In this document: positions 36,109 to 45,688 of the stretch, one piece after another
Layout of the letters: each line of letters starts with the position of its first letter
How positions within the stretch are numbered: position 1 is the first letter of the stretch
Assembly (NCBI GenBank): GCA_903844155.1
Contig: CAIMSU010000077.1
Coordinates: 5,917-69,916 of the forward strand
Direction: 5' to 3'
DNA length: 64,000 bases
Origin: an uncultured Pseudomonadota bacterium
Lineage (GTDB): Bacteria > Myxococcota_A > UBA796 > SXON01
The notes under the pieces: generated by a model
The model's database searches: none
What the model was told of the DNA's origin: nothing
What the model saw: only the letters and a program-made list of their open reading frames with translations
Program-made: the position numbers and the translations under genes

Positions 36109-36534
36109 CTAGGCCTTTGCCGCTGCCGCAGTGGCTTCGGCGTTGGCGAGCTTTGCAGCCCGCTTCTTCTGGTAGTCAGCGATGGCGGCCTTGATCGCGT
36201 CCTCAGCGAGCACGGAGCAGTGGATCTTGACCGGGGGCAGGTTGAGCTCCTCGGCGATCGTGCTGTTGCTGATGGTCTCGGCGTACGCGATGCTCTTTCC
36301 CTTGACCATCTCGGTCACGAGCGAGCTGGACGCGATGGCCGAGCCGCAGCCGAAGGTCTTGAACTTGGCGTCTTCGATGATGCCATCGTCCGAGATCTTG
36401 AGCTGGAGCTTCATCACGTCGCCGCAGGCGGGCGCGCCGACGAGGCCCGTGCCGACGTCGTCCGCGTTCTTGTCCAGTGTGCCGACGTTGCGGGGGTTTT
36501 CGTAGTGGTCAACGACCTTGTCTGAATAAGCCAT
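36109..36534 (-). CDS. iscU: Fe-S cluster assembly scaffold IscU
   Basis: YENPRNVG, GAPACGDVMKL, FGCGSAIASSS, LPPVKIHCSVLAEDA. Confidence 0.95.
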   Translation of the reverse strand: MAYSDKVVDHYENPRNVGTLDKNADDVGTGLVGAPACGDVMKLQLKISDDGIIEDAKFKTFGCGSAIASSSLVTEMVKGKSIAYAETISNSTIAEELNLPPVKIHCSVLAEDAIKAAIADYQKKRAAKLANAEATAAAAKA

Positions 36535-36549
36535 GCTTGCTCCTGAATT

Positions 36550-37776
36550 CTAGTGTGCAGTCCACGAGATGGACTTGAGATCGACGCCCTCTTTGACGAG
36601 CTCGTACAACGGGCTCATCTCGCGCAGCCAGCCGACCTTCGCGGCGACGAGGTCGGCCGCGTAGTCGATCTCCTCGATGGTATTGAATCGGCCAATGCCG
36701 AAGCGGATCGAGGTGTGCGCCAGCTCCACCTCCACGCCCAACGCCCGGAGGACGTAGCTGGGTTCGAGGCTGGCGCTGGTGCAGGCGGACCCGGACGACA
36801 CCGCCAGGTCCTTGATCGCCATCATCATCGCCTCGCCCTCGCAGTACGCGAGGCTGACGTTGAGGTTGTTGGGCAGGCGCCGGACGCGGTCGGAGGGGTC
36901 GGGGCCGTTGATGTAGACCTCGTCGATCGTCTGCAATTTCGTCCACAACCGGTCCCGCAAGCCCCGCACGCGGTCGACCTCGCCGTTGGTGAACGCCGCT
37001 TTCGCGAGCTCTGCCGCCTTGCCGAGCCCGACGATCTGGTGGACGGCGTGCGTGCCGGAGCGGATCCCGCGCTCCTGGCCACCGCCGAAGATGAGCGGCT
37101 CGATGCGAATGCGGGGACGTCCGCGCCGGACGTAGAGCGCGCCAATCCCCTTCGGGCCGTACATCTTGTGGGCGGAAATGCTGACGAGATCGACGTTGAG
37201 CTTCGTCACGTCGAACGGGATCTTGCCGAGCGACTGCACCGCGTCCGAATGGAAGATGACGCCCTTCTCGCGGCACACGGCGCCGATCGCCGCGATGTCC
37301 TGCACCACGCCGATCTCGTTGTTGGAATGCATCACGCTCACGAGGATCGTGTCCGGGCGAATCGCGTCGGCGACCTGGGCTGCCGTGACGATGCCTTCCT
37401 TGTCCACGGGAAGGTAGGTGACCTCGAACCCCTCTTTTTCGAGCGCATGGCAGGCGTCGAGCACGGCTTTGTGCTCGATGTTCGTGGTGATGAGGTGCCG
37501 CCCCTTGTCCTTGTAGAACCGCGCAACGCCGATCACGGCGAGGTTGTCCGATTCCGTGGCGCCCGACGTGTAGACGATCTCCTTCGGGTCCGCGCCGATC
37601 AGGTCCGCGAGCTGTTCGCGCGCCTGATCCACGCCCGCCTGGGCGGCCCAGCCGAACGCGTGGTTGCGCGAGCCGGCGTTGCCGAACACCTCGGTGAGGT
37701 AGGGCAGCATCGCCTCCACAACGGCAGGATCGCAGCGCGTGGTCGCGTGGTTGTCAAGGTAGATCGGGAGTTTCAT
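36550..37776 (-). CDS. iscS: Cysteine desulfurase IscS
   Basis: [24 protein letters not shown] (PLP Lys) and [21 protein letters not shown] (catalytic Cys loop). Confidence 0.95.
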   Translation of the reverse strand: MKLPIYLDNHATTRCDPAVVEAMLPYLTEVFGNAGSRNHAFGWAAQAGVDQAREQLADLIGADPKEIVYTSGATESDNLAVIGVARFYKDKGRHLITTNIEHKAVLDACHALEKEGFEVTYLPVDKEGIVTAAQVADAIRPDTILVSVMHSNNEIGVVQDIAAIGAVCREKGVIFHSDAVQSLGKIPFDVTKLNVDLVSISAHKMYGPKGIGALYVRRGRPRIRIEPLIFGGGQERGIRSGTHAVHQIVGLGKAAELAKAAFTNGEVDRVRGLRDRLWTKLQTIDEVYINGPDPSDRVRRLPNNLNVSLAYCEGEAMMMAIKDLAVSSGSACTSASLEPSYVLRALGVEVELAHTSIRFGIGRFNTIEEIDYAADLVAAKVGWLREMSPLYELVKEGVDLKSISWTAH

Positions 37777-38255
37777 ACGGAGTCCGAATGAAGGGGGTGG
37801 GGCGAAACCGCGGCCACCATCATCGGGGCCTCCTGGCCGACGTGACCCGAATCGTCGCAGCTATGGCAGCGCGTCTTCTCGGTGGCGGGCGCGCAGGCGC
37901 GACAGGTCGAGAGGTAGAGGATGGAGTTCTGGAGTTGCAGCTCCAGGGCGCGCAGCCGGGCGACCTGGGCGCGGGTCTCGTCGAGCTTCTCGGCGTAGAA
38001 CTGGCGCAGCTCCGACATCATCGCCGGGCCGGAGGGCTTGGCATGCAGCCCGGCCAGGAACGTCTGGATCTCGGGGAGGGAGAAGCCGAGGTCCTGGAGA
38101 CGGGCGATCCACTCGATGCGGAGGAGCGCCTGCTCATCGTAGAGCCGGAAGCCGCCCTTCGTCCGCGACACCGGGACGAGAAGGTTGAGCTCCTCGTAGA
38201 AATGCAGGGTTCGGATGGTCTTTCCCGAACGCTCCGCCAGCTCACCGATTCGCAT
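37773..38255 (-). CDS. MerR-family transcriptional regulator with a C-terminal CxxC-x8-CxxC cluster; first gene of the isc operon
   Basis: [26 protein letters not shown] (MerR wHTH), a coiled-coil dimerisation helix, then [20 protein letters not shown]. Its stop overlaps the iscS start (ATGA). An alternative GTG start at 38297 would add 14 aa. Confidence 0.85.
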   Translation of the reverse strand: MRIGELAERSGKTIRTLHFYEELNLLVPVSRTKGGFRLYDEQALLRIEWIARLQDLGFSLPEIQTFLAGLHAKPSGPAMMSELRQFYAEKLDETRAQVARLRALELQLQNSILYLSTCRACAPATEKTRCHSCDDSGHVGQEAPMMVAAVSPHPLHSDSV

Positions 38256-38300
38256 CGGGGGCGCGGCGGCAGCAGCGGTTGGGACCAGGACGCTCACCAG

Positions 38301-38322
38301 ACTCTCACGTTTACGTAAGAGT
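38301..38322 (-). promoter_or_regulatory. Imperfect 22-bp dyad (ACTCTTACGTAAACGTGAGAGT on the minus strand) directly after a TTGACT -35-like hexamer; candidate MerR-type operator/promoter of the isc operon
   Basis: 18 of 22 positions are self-complementary. The minus strand reads TTGACT-ataACTCTTACGTAAACGTGAGAGT, so the dyad fills a spacer of about 19 nt, as in MerR-type promoters. The -10 assignment (GAGAGT) is weak. Confidence 0.45.
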
Positions 38323-38383
38323 TATAGTCAATCCCCCGGGGACCGTCAACGACCGCTGCGCCCACAGCGGTACGCCGGACCAC

Positions 38384-38848
38384 TCAAAAGACGTTGGACT
38401 GCGAGACCTGGAGCCTGTTGTTGCTCGTCGCCGTGTAGATCGCGATGGTGTCGTCGTCGTCGACGTCGGAGTGGCCGATGATCATGAAGTCGGTCTCGCT
38501 GCCGAAGACCTGGTAGTTCCCGCGCAGCGAGCCGTCCGGGAAGTACCCGAGTGTGTTCCAGGCGGCATCTCCGGTCGGCCAGGTATGCATGACCTTTCCG
38601 AGCAGGCCATCGTCGACCGGCTCGGGCGGCGCTGACATGAACAGATCGTTCGCGGAGTCGTAGGCCTCCTCCGCGGTGCGAATCGCGTCCACCGTCACCG
38701 GGACCTCGCTGCGCTTGGCAGAGAGCTGGGCGGAGACAAGGTTCGGAATGGCGATCGCAGCGAGGATGCCGATGATCGCGACCACGATCATCAGCTCGAC
38801 CAGGGTAAACCCCGCAATAGCCGGCCGGCGAACCATGTCTGGGCTCAT
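38384..38848 (-). CDS. Type IV pilin-like protein (prepilin N-terminal methylation domain)
   Basis: MSPDMVRRPAIAG / FTLVELMIVVAIIGILAAIAIPN is the canonical class III signal. GGGAG RBS lies before ATG 38848; an alternative ATG is at 38836. Confidence 0.8.
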   Translation of the reverse strand: MSPDMVRRPAIAGFTLVELMIVVAIIGILAAIAIPNLVSAQLSAKRSEVPVTVDAIRTAEEAYDSANDLFMSAPPEPVDDGLLGKVMHTWPTGDAAWNTLGYFPDGSLRGNYQVFGSETDFMIIGHSDVDDDDTIAIYTATSNNRLQVSQSNVF

Positions 38849-38864
38849 AGCAACTCCCATACCA
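38849..38864 (-). promoter_or_regulatory. Sigma-54 -24/-12-like motif TGGTATGGGAGTTGCT abutting the pilin start codon
   Basis: GG and GC elements have exact consensus spacing (TGGCAC-N5-TTGCW). It overlaps the putative RBS and would imply a near-leaderless transcript starting around 38838, so it may be coincidental. Confidence 0.25.
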
Positions 38865-39000
38865 CACCGATAACCCGCACCACCTATCGACTCATCCTCC
38901 CGAAAACCACGCAGGCGGCGCTCACGGTGACGCTTTTCGTCACCCGCCGCGACCTTCCCGCCGCCGAGTGTCACGCTTGCGAGACCCTGTCGGAGCCACC

Positions 39001-39516
39001 ATGCCTTCCAACTTTCTGCCGGCAATGCCCGACTTCGGCTCGGTCGAGGCCGTACTCAACCCCCGCGCCGAGGACGTGTACGCCGCGGACGTCGCGTGCT
39101 ACCCGCCCGCCTACCGGGCGACACGCCGGCGGATTGACCTGCTTTGCCAGTCCTTTGCCGAGGGGGTCACGCTCTACCGTGGGCGCGTGGCGGGGAGCGT
39201 CGCGGTGCTGGGGTACTCGGCGTGGCACCCGTTTGACGTTTCGCTGCTCGGCGGGCCCTGGCCGAAGGAGGTCCCTGTCGATCGGGGCGGCGAAGGCGCG
39301 TACGTGTACAACTACAGCGTTGTCCCTGCGTGCATCGGCGGGTCCGTGGCGCGAGCGTTGATGCAGCGACTCGACCAGCAGATCGCGGGGAGCCGCATCC
39401 TTGCCGCGGACACGGTCTCCGAGCACGGACGACGTGCCGCGCGACGCTGGGGGATGCGGCTGCACGAAGCCCGGGAGATCGACGGCGCGCCCTGGGAGCT
39501 TTGGGCCCGGACGTAG
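39001..39516 (+). CDS. Hypothetical protein, possibly GNAT-fold acyltransferase
   Basis: High-GC3 ORF. Weak GNAT motif-A-like segment VVPACIGGSVARALMQRL. Function not established. Confidence 0.45.
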   Translation: MPSNFLPAMPDFGSVEAVLNPRAEDVYAADVACYPPAYRATRRRIDLLCQSFAEGVTLYRGRVAGSVAVLGYSAWHPFDVSLLGGPWPKEVPVDRGGEGAYVYNYSVVPACIGGSVARALMQRLDQQIAGSRILAADTVSEHGRRAARRWGMRLHEAREIDGAPWELWART

Positions 39517-39519
39517 CGG

Positions 39520-40386
39520 TCAGTGCAACTGCTGCTGGAGGTTGCAGGCGAAGGAATCCCCGGCTTTGCAGGCGGCATCTGCGTCGGCGCGAGCCTCGGG
39601 CAGGTGGCCGAGCTTGGAGTTGGCGTCTGCGCGCATGCCGAGCGCCCTCGCGTCCCCCGGCCGTACGGCGAGCAGGTGATTGAGCGCGTCCAAAGCCTGC
39701 GCGTCCTGGCCGGAGTGCAGGCGGGCCCACGCGAGCGCCTCCCACGCATCGGCGTTGGACGGGGCTAATTCAACAGCCTGCTCCAGGTCGCTACCGGCGC
39801 GGTCCGTATCGCCCCGTCGACCGTAGGCCTTGCCACGGCCCAGCCATGCGGCCGGGTTGTTCGGGTCGAGGTCTACAGCCTTGTCGTATTCGGCGAGCGC
39901 GGCGACGAAATCGTTGGAGGCGTACGCCTCGTCGCCACGTGCAACCGCCTCGATGGACTTGGCGGGATCGTGCGCTTCCTGCGCGACGGGTGGCCCCGCG
40001 TCGACCGTGAACACCGCCGTCGTCGACACGTCCCCGAGCCCGCTTGCGCCGACCGGTGCCCACACATCCGCCTGCTTCTGCAGCTCCACCGTCACCAACC
40101 GCGGGCCCTTGGACGACGTGATCAGGTGGGTCAACGTCGCGGACCCGCTCCCGTCCAGCCGTGAGTCGACCTCACCCCAGACCAGCGGGTTGATGACGGC
40201 GTCGTCGCCGACCTCCTTTCGCACTGCTGGATTCTTCTTCAGGAATTCCACGGAAACGCTGTAAGCGGCTGTGTTCCGGAGGTTCACCACGCGCATGGTC
40301 GCCCAGCCGAGGCCCCCGAGCAGCACGAGGCAGGCACCGCCTCCCACGACCGCCAGCCCACCGAGGATCCGACCAAATTTCGCCAT
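39520..40386 (-). CDS. Membrane-anchored TPR repeat protein
   Basis: N-terminal TM helix (ILGGLAVVGGGACLVLLGGLGWA), a middle beta domain, and three or more TPR units (AEYDKAVDLDPNNPAAWLGRGKAY...). Confidence 0.75.
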   Translation of the reverse strand: MAKFGRILGGLAVVGGGACLVLLGGLGWATMRVVNLRNTAAYSVSVEFLKKNPAVRKEVGDDAVINPLVWGEVDSRLDGSGSATLTHLITSSKGPRLVTVELQKQADVWAPVGASGLGDVSTTAVFTVDAGPPVAQEAHDPAKSIEAVARGDEAYASNDFVAALAEYDKAVDLDPNNPAAWLGRGKAYGRRGDTDRAGSDLEQAVELAPSNADAWEALAWARLHSGQDAQALDALNHLLAVRPGDARALGMRADANSKLGHLPEARADADAACKAGDSFACNLQQQLH

Positions 40387-40481
40387 GCCCGCAGTCTAGC
40401 CGGTTCCGCGGCGCGCGGGCGCCGGCGCGTCGCACCAGACCAGCGAGTCAACCGGGGTCCGCCGTGGGTTACCTCCGACGC

Positions 40482-41882
40482 ATGGCCGAGCGCGAGACCA
40501 TCCTGGTGATCGATCCCAGCGACCCCGCGGGCCGGATCACGCGGGTCGCGCTGCAATTGGACGGTCGGGCCGTGCTGCACTGCACCAACGCCCAGGAGGG
40601 GCTGGCGCTCGCGCAGCAGGTCCATCCTGACGTCGTCGTCGCGGCGCTGGACACCGTGGATCTGCCCGGGATGCGGATGCTCGAGGCGCTGCGGTCGAAG
40701 AACCGCACACTCCCCATCATCGCGCTCGCGGGCACGGCGACGGTCGAGGGCGCCGTGCAGGCCCTCCGCGCGGGTGCCGCCGACTACATCGGCCGGCCGA
40801 TCTCGCCCGGCCTGCTCTCGGAAAAGGTCGTTCGCGCCTTGTCCGAGGCGCGCGCAGCCCGCCAGCTCGCGAGCGCACGCGCCACCGCGAAGGACCGCTA
40901 CGGCTTCACCCAGCTCCTCTCGCAATCCCCCAAGATGATGCGGGTGTTCGAGGCGATCCGCTCCGTCGCCGGTACGGATGCGACCGTGCTCATCCGCGGC
41001 GAGACGGGCACCGGAAAGGAATTGGTCGCGCGCGCGATCCACGAGCGGTCGCGGCGCAAGGACAAGCCGCTCATCGGTGTGAACTGTGGCGCCTTCACAG
41101 AAACGCTGCTCGAAAGCGAGCTGTTCGGGCATGAAAAGGGGAGCTTCACCGGGGCACTCGGGCGACGGATGGGGGTCTTCGAGATGGCCGACGGCGGCTC
41201 CCTGTTCCTCGACGAGCTCGGCGAGACCTCGCTCTCCGTGCAGGTGAACCTGCTGCGGGTGCTTGAGGACATGACGTTTCGACGGGTCGGCGGCACGGAC
41301 TCGGTGAAGGTGGACGTCCGCATCATCGCGGCCACGAACGTGGCTCTCGAAGAAGCCACGAAGGACGGTCGCTTCCGTGAAGACTTGTACTACCGTCTCA
41401 ACGTCTTCCCCATCGTCCTCCCCCCGCTCCGCGACCGCGCCGAGGACATTCCCCTCCTCCTTCGCCACTTTCTCCAGGACGCCGCGGATGAGTACGAGCT
41501 CCCCGTCCCGCCGGTCACGCCCGAGTCGGCCGAGCGCATCCTCGCCTACCGCTGGCCCGGAAATGTCCGCCAGCTACGCGCGATGTGCGAGCGTTGGGTC
41601 ATCCTGTGCAACGGCCAGCCGCTCACGTCGGACCTGCTGCCGCGCGAGCTCGGCTCGTCCAAGGACGCGCCGACGTCCACCGGTCTGTACATCGACGACA
41701 CCATCCCGCTCCCGCAGCTCACCGAGCGCTACATCAGCCAGATCGAGCGGGCATACCTCCACAAGCTGCTGGCGCGAAACCACGGCAAACTGATTGAGAC
41801 CGCCGACATGGCGGGCATCACGCGGCGGACGCTGTACACGCGGATGAAGGAATTCGGGCTGGATCCGAAGGACTACAAGTGA
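40482..41882 (+). CDS. Sigma-54-dependent response regulator (NtrC family: receiver, AAA+, Fis-type HTH)
   Basis: Receiver domain, Walker A GETGTGKE, ESELFGHEKGSFTGA (GAFTGA variant), RVGG, C-terminal HTH AGITRRTLYTRMKEFG. Confidence 0.9.
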   Translation: MAERETILVIDPSDPAGRITRVALQLDGRAVLHCTNAQEGLALAQQVHPDVVVAALDTVDLPGMRMLEALRSKNRTLPIIALAGTATVEGAVQALRAGAADYIGRPISPGLLSEKVVRALSEARAARQLASARATAKDRYGFTQLLSQSPKMMRVFEAIRSVAGTDATVLIRGETGTGKELVARAIHERSRRKDKPLIGVNCGAFTETLLESELFGHEKGSFTGALGRRMGVFEMADGGSLFLDELGETSLSVQVNLLRVLEDMTFRRVGGTDSVKVDVRIIAATNVALEEATKDGRFREDLYYRLNVFPIVLPPLRDRAEDIPLLLRHFLQDAADEYELPVPPVTPESAERILAYRWPGNVRQLRAMCERWVILCNGQPLTSDLLPRELGSSKDAPTSTGLYIDDTIPLPQLTERYISQIERAYLHKLLARNHGKLIETADMAGITRRTLYTRMKEFGLDPKDYK

Positions 41883-41904
41883 GGCGAAACCCGAGTAGCG
41901 ACGC

Positions 41905-43956
41905 CTAGAAAACGAGGTGGTACGGGAAGGTCCAGGTGAGGTACTGCGCCAGCATCGGGGGCGGGGAGTGCAAAATGCCGAGCAGCGCCACGACGACTGC
42001 GAAGCCCGCGAGCGCGAGCGATTCGCCCGCGATCAGGCCCGACGCCACGGGCACGACGTAGGTGTCGGCCGACTGCTTGTTGCGAGCCTCCCAGCGACTG
42101 GCGATGAGCGCGCCGATGAAGAACGACAGGGAGTTCGCGAACGAAACCACGAACGCGAGTCCGAGGCCCATCGCGCTGGGCAGGAAATTCCTTGATTTCG
42201 GAAACGCGCGTTCCAGGAGTGGCAGCGCGACGCCAACCAGCGCGCCGATCACGATTGCGTACTTGGCGCTCGTCGGGATCACCGAGAGTCCGATGGAGAG
42301 CGCCTGCGCCACCGCGAACCACATGTGCGTGGCGGGTGGATTGAATGCCTCCAACGCTGCCTTGTTCGGGACGAGCAGGTACCAGGCCGGGATGACGGCC
42401 ACCGTGCCGAAGAACACGCCGACAAACTGGGCAATGAATTGCTGCCGAGGGTTGGCGCCAAGCAGGTAGCCGCTCTTCAAGTCGGTGAGCAGGTCGGCAG
42501 AGGAGCCTGCCGCGCCGGCGGTGATGCCCGCCGTCATCAGGTTCACGGTGGTGTTGTGCGGGGAGAGGAGCGCGTAGGTGAGCTGGGTGACCTTGCCCAT
42601 CGCACCGATCGGCGTGGTGTCGGTCTCACCCGTCGCCCGCGCGGCTACGAGCGAGAGTGCGAACGACAGCACCACGCTCACGACGCCGAGCCAGGGCTGG
42701 ATCTGGAAGGAGAACCAGCAAACCGCGACGAGGCCGAGCGTGATTGGGATCAGCCCCCAGACCATCCAGATGTTGGGGACCTCGATGTCGGAATTGTCAG
42801 CCTGTGCCGGCGCCTCGTCGGTGTCTGCGGGCTTCCGCCGGAACGACGAGAAGGCCGCGACGATCGTGCGCCAGCCCATCGCAAAGCTGGTGAGGCCAGA
42901 GCTGACGAGAATCGACGTCCCCAGCCAGAGGCTCCACTGGTTGACCTTCACGGCGGTGATCGCGCCGTCCTTGCTGAGCGAGACGACCATCTCGCCGACG
43001 AACATACGGCAGTCCTTGATCCCCGTGAGCGGGGCGCCGACCAGACAGAGCGGGCTGGTGTCCGTCCAATTCGGCAGGTGCAGGATCAGGGGGGTCAGTA
43101 CGAACCAGTTCAGGATCGCGGCCAACATCATCGTCACGCAGACGCGCATCCCCATGATCATGCCCGCGGCCGTCATCAACAAGCTGGGCTCGAACGTCAC
43201 CCCGCAAGCGGCCAGGCTAGCGGTCTTCTCCTCCGGGCCGATGGCGAGCGAGCCTCCGAACGGGATGGAGTCGGGAATGACCGCGAGCGCCCGCAACAAT
43301 CCCCACACCCCGCCCAGGATCAGCGAGTCGATGAGCGCGCGCGCCTTGCGGATGGCCTCGTCGCCTTCCGCGTAGAGGCTCCGCAACGTGGCTGCCGCGG
43401 CGATGCCCGAGGGGAACGGGAGCTGGTCCACGTTGATCATCTGGCGCTTCATCGGGATCGCGAGGAAGACACCAAGCAACGCAACGAAAAAGACCCAGCC
43501 GGTCGTGGCGACGATGCCGAGCCGCTCGTTGTCGCCCGTCATGAGGAGCATCGCCCCCGCGGCCGTCGCCAACGTGCCACCCGTCGAATAGCCCGCCGCA
43601 GACGCCGTGGACGCCATGCAATTGTTCTCGAGCATCGTCATCCGGTTCTTGACGATGCCCAGTGACATGAAGCTCGACCAGATGCTGTAGGAGAGCACGG
43701 AGGCCGTGATCGCCACGCCGAACGCCCAGCCCAGCTTGAGCGTGGTGTAGAGGTTCGAGAACGCCATCAGCATGCCGATGAGGCCGCCCATCACCACCGC
43801 GCGCGTCGTCAGCTGCGGGACGCCGTCGCCCTGGTAGTAGTGCTTGCGCCAGGCGGCTTCGCGCTCGGCCGGGGGGAGTTTGGAGAGGTCCGGCAGGCCC
43901 GCGGGGAGCTCGAATTCGGGGGCAGCGTCGGACGCGGAGGGGTTGGCCATGGGCAC
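41905..43956 (-). CDS. OPT-family oligopeptide transporter
   Basis: About 16 TM helices. N-terminal QLTTRAVVMGGLIGMLMAFSNLYTTLKLGW and a general OPT-superfamily pattern. Confidence 0.9.
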   Translation of the reverse strand: MPMANPSASDAAPEFELPAGLPDLSKLPPAEREAAWRKHYYQGDGVPQLTTRAVVMGGLIGMLMAFSNLYTTLKLGWAFGVAITASVLSYSIWSSFMSLGIVKNRMTMLENNCMASTASAAGYSTGGTLATAAGAMLLMTGDNERLGIVATTGWVFFVALLGVFLAIPMKRQMINVDQLPFPSGIAAAATLRSLYAEGDEAIRKARALIDSLILGGVWGLLRALAVIPDSIPFGGSLAIGPEEKTASLAACGVTFEPSLLMTAAGMIMGMRVCVTMMLAAILNWFVLTPLILHLPNWTDTSPLCLVGAPLTGIKDCRMFVGEMVVSLSKDGAITAVKVNQWSLWLGTSILVSSGLTSFAMGWRTIVAAFSSFRRKPADTDEAPAQADNSDIEVPNIWMVWGLIPITLGLVAVCWFSFQIQPWLGVVSVVLSFALSLVAARATGETDTTPIGAMGKVTQLTYALLSPHNTTVNLMTAGITAGAAGSSADLLTDLKSGYLLGANPRQQFIAQFVGVFFGTVAVIPAWYLLVPNKAALEAFNPPATHMWFAVAQALSIGLSVIPTSAKYAIVIGALVGVALPLLERAFPKSRNFLPSAMGLGLAFVVSFANSLSFFIGALIASRWEARNKQSADTYVVPVASGLIAGESLALAGFAVVVALLGILHSPPPMLAQYLTWTFPYHLVF

Positions 43957-44033
43957 TCGGGGTGGGGAGCGGCCGAGTATATCGAAGTCGGCCCGGGCCG
44001 GCGCCGGCCACCGGGCGCAATGCGGCGTTCGAC

Positions 44034-44861
44034 CTAGCTGCTCGCAGACGTGTAGCTGGCCAGAGCGCGCTTCCAGGACCAGCGCGCGAACGCGAACCCG
44101 CCGAGCGACACTGCGATGGCCTGTACCACGAGCGCCAGATCCAGCCGCCCCAGCAACGCCATCGCGGGCCAGGAGCTCGCGAGGGCGACCGGCACCACGA
44201 CGGTGAGGAAAACCCTGGCCACACCACTGTAGATGTCAACCGGCCAACGTCCAGCGTCCGCCACGGCGCCGAGCAGGTAGCGCAGGTTGTCGACGCGCAC
44301 GAACCAGAACGAGAGGCAGATGACGAGCAGCCACAAGCTGTACATCGCCATGACGCCCGCGATCATGAGACAAAACGCCGCCGTGATCGGCCCGAAGCCA
44401 GGCCAGCCGGTGCCGTGCAGCCCCCACGCGATGACAACGAGCGCGGAGAGCCCGTCCCAGAGCTTTGCGGGAGCGACGCGTTGCGCCGAGGCGACGAGCT
44501 GCGCATCCACCGGTTTGAGCAGGATGTAATCCATCTGTCCCTGCCGGATGCCCTCGACCACCGCGCCGAGGTTGGGCTCGACCAGCCCGCCCATCACCGC
44601 GGACATCATCAGGAAGAACCCCGTCACCAGCAGGCTCTGGTCCCACGTCCAGCCGGCGACGCTGTCCGTCTTCCCGAACACCACCGCGAGCGGCAGGAGG
44701 ATGGCGACCACGTTGCCCGAGCCGACGAAGAAGTCGACGAAGAAGCTGGCACGGTACTGGAGCGCGTTCATCAACGCCACGCGAGCGAGCGCCGAGAGCA
44801 CCTCCGGCAGGCGCGGGCCAGGACCGGACGAAAGCGCTTCGGGCCCACCGGCCGGCGGCAT
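44034..44861 (-). CDS. ABC-2 type transporter permease (DUF990-like)
   Basis: Six TM helices; ALQYRASFFVDFF and GQMDYILLKPVD motifs. Its start shares one nucleotide with the upstream stop (TGATG). Confidence 0.8.
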   Translation of the reverse strand: MPPAGGPEALSSGPGPRLPEVLSALARVALMNALQYRASFFVDFFVGSGNVVAILLPLAVVFGKTDSVAGWTWDQSLLVTGFFLMMSAVMGGLVEPNLGAVVEGIRQGQMDYILLKPVDAQLVASAQRVAPAKLWDGLSALVVIAWGLHGTGWPGFGPITAAFCLMIAGVMAMYSLWLLVICLSFWFVRVDNLRYLLGAVADAGRWPVDIYSGVARVFLTVVVPVALASSWPAMALLGRLDLALVVQAIAVSLGGFAFARWSWKRALASYTSASS

Positions 44862-45688
44862 CACGCGCCCACCGCCCCGTAGCGCCGGATCCCGCGCGCC
44901 CACATGATGCGGCCGGCGAGGGCGAGGATCACGACCCAGCCGGCCTGAGCGGCGACCTCGGGCAGCCCCGCGCGGCCGATGAGCACGTCCACCGGCACGC
45001 CGAGGCTCGCGTAGAACGGCAGCCACCGAGCGACGCCCGAGATCCACCCCGGCAGCAGCGCCATCGGCACGATGTACCCCGAGAAGAACGACCACAGCGC
45101 GAAGTGGACCGAGAACACGCCCATCGCCTCCTCGAACCAGAACGCCAGCATCCCGAAGATCGCCTGCACCAGCCACGCTACCGCGAACGCCAGCGCCACG
45201 CTGACGAGGAACACGCAGACCCGCCATCCCTCCGGGGCGAAAACGATGTCCGGCCGCCAGACGACCAGGCCGGCCAGCAACGGAACAAGCACGATCATCC
45301 GCCACGGGATCGCCGCCAGCGTCTCAAAGAAGTTGTAGACGAGCGGGTTCACCGGCCGCAGCAATTGCGGCGACAACGACCCGCTCCGGACCATGTAGTT
45401 GAGCTCCCACACCACCCAGCTCCCCGTGAGCTGCCGGACCACCATCGTGACCGTAAAATAGCGGGCGAAATCCGCTTGTCCGAAGCCCGCCAGCGGTCCG
45501 GCAGCGCTGGCAGCGTCCCACAGCGCGAGCATCACCAGCGGGAGCGTCGCCGAGAGGATCCAGATGACCATCTCGGCCCGGTACGCCACGATTCCGGCGA
45601 CCGCGACCCGCCACAACGTCGGCATCGCGCGCCACAGGATGCCCGCGCCGCTCGGCGTTTCCCGCGCTCCAGCCCCCGCGTCGGTCAC
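44861..45688 (-). CDS. ABC-2 type transporter permease (DUF990-like), second subunit
   Basis: Six TM helices; AYRAEMVIWIL N-terminal signature. Its start overlaps the ATPase gene stop. Confidence 0.8.
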   Translation of the reverse strand: MTDAGAGARETPSGAGILWRAMPTLWRVAVAGIVAYRAEMVIWILSATLPLVMLALWDAASAAGPLAGFGQADFARYFTVTMVVRQLTGSWVVWELNYMVRSGSLSPQLLRPVNPLVYNFFETLAAIPWRMIVLVPLLAGLVVWRPDIVFAPEGWRVCVFLVSVALAFAVAWLVQAIFGMLAFWFEEAMGVFSVHFALWSFFSGYIVPMALLPGWISGVARWLPFYASLGVPVDVLIGRAGLPEVAAQAGWVVILALAGRIMWARGIRRYGAVGA

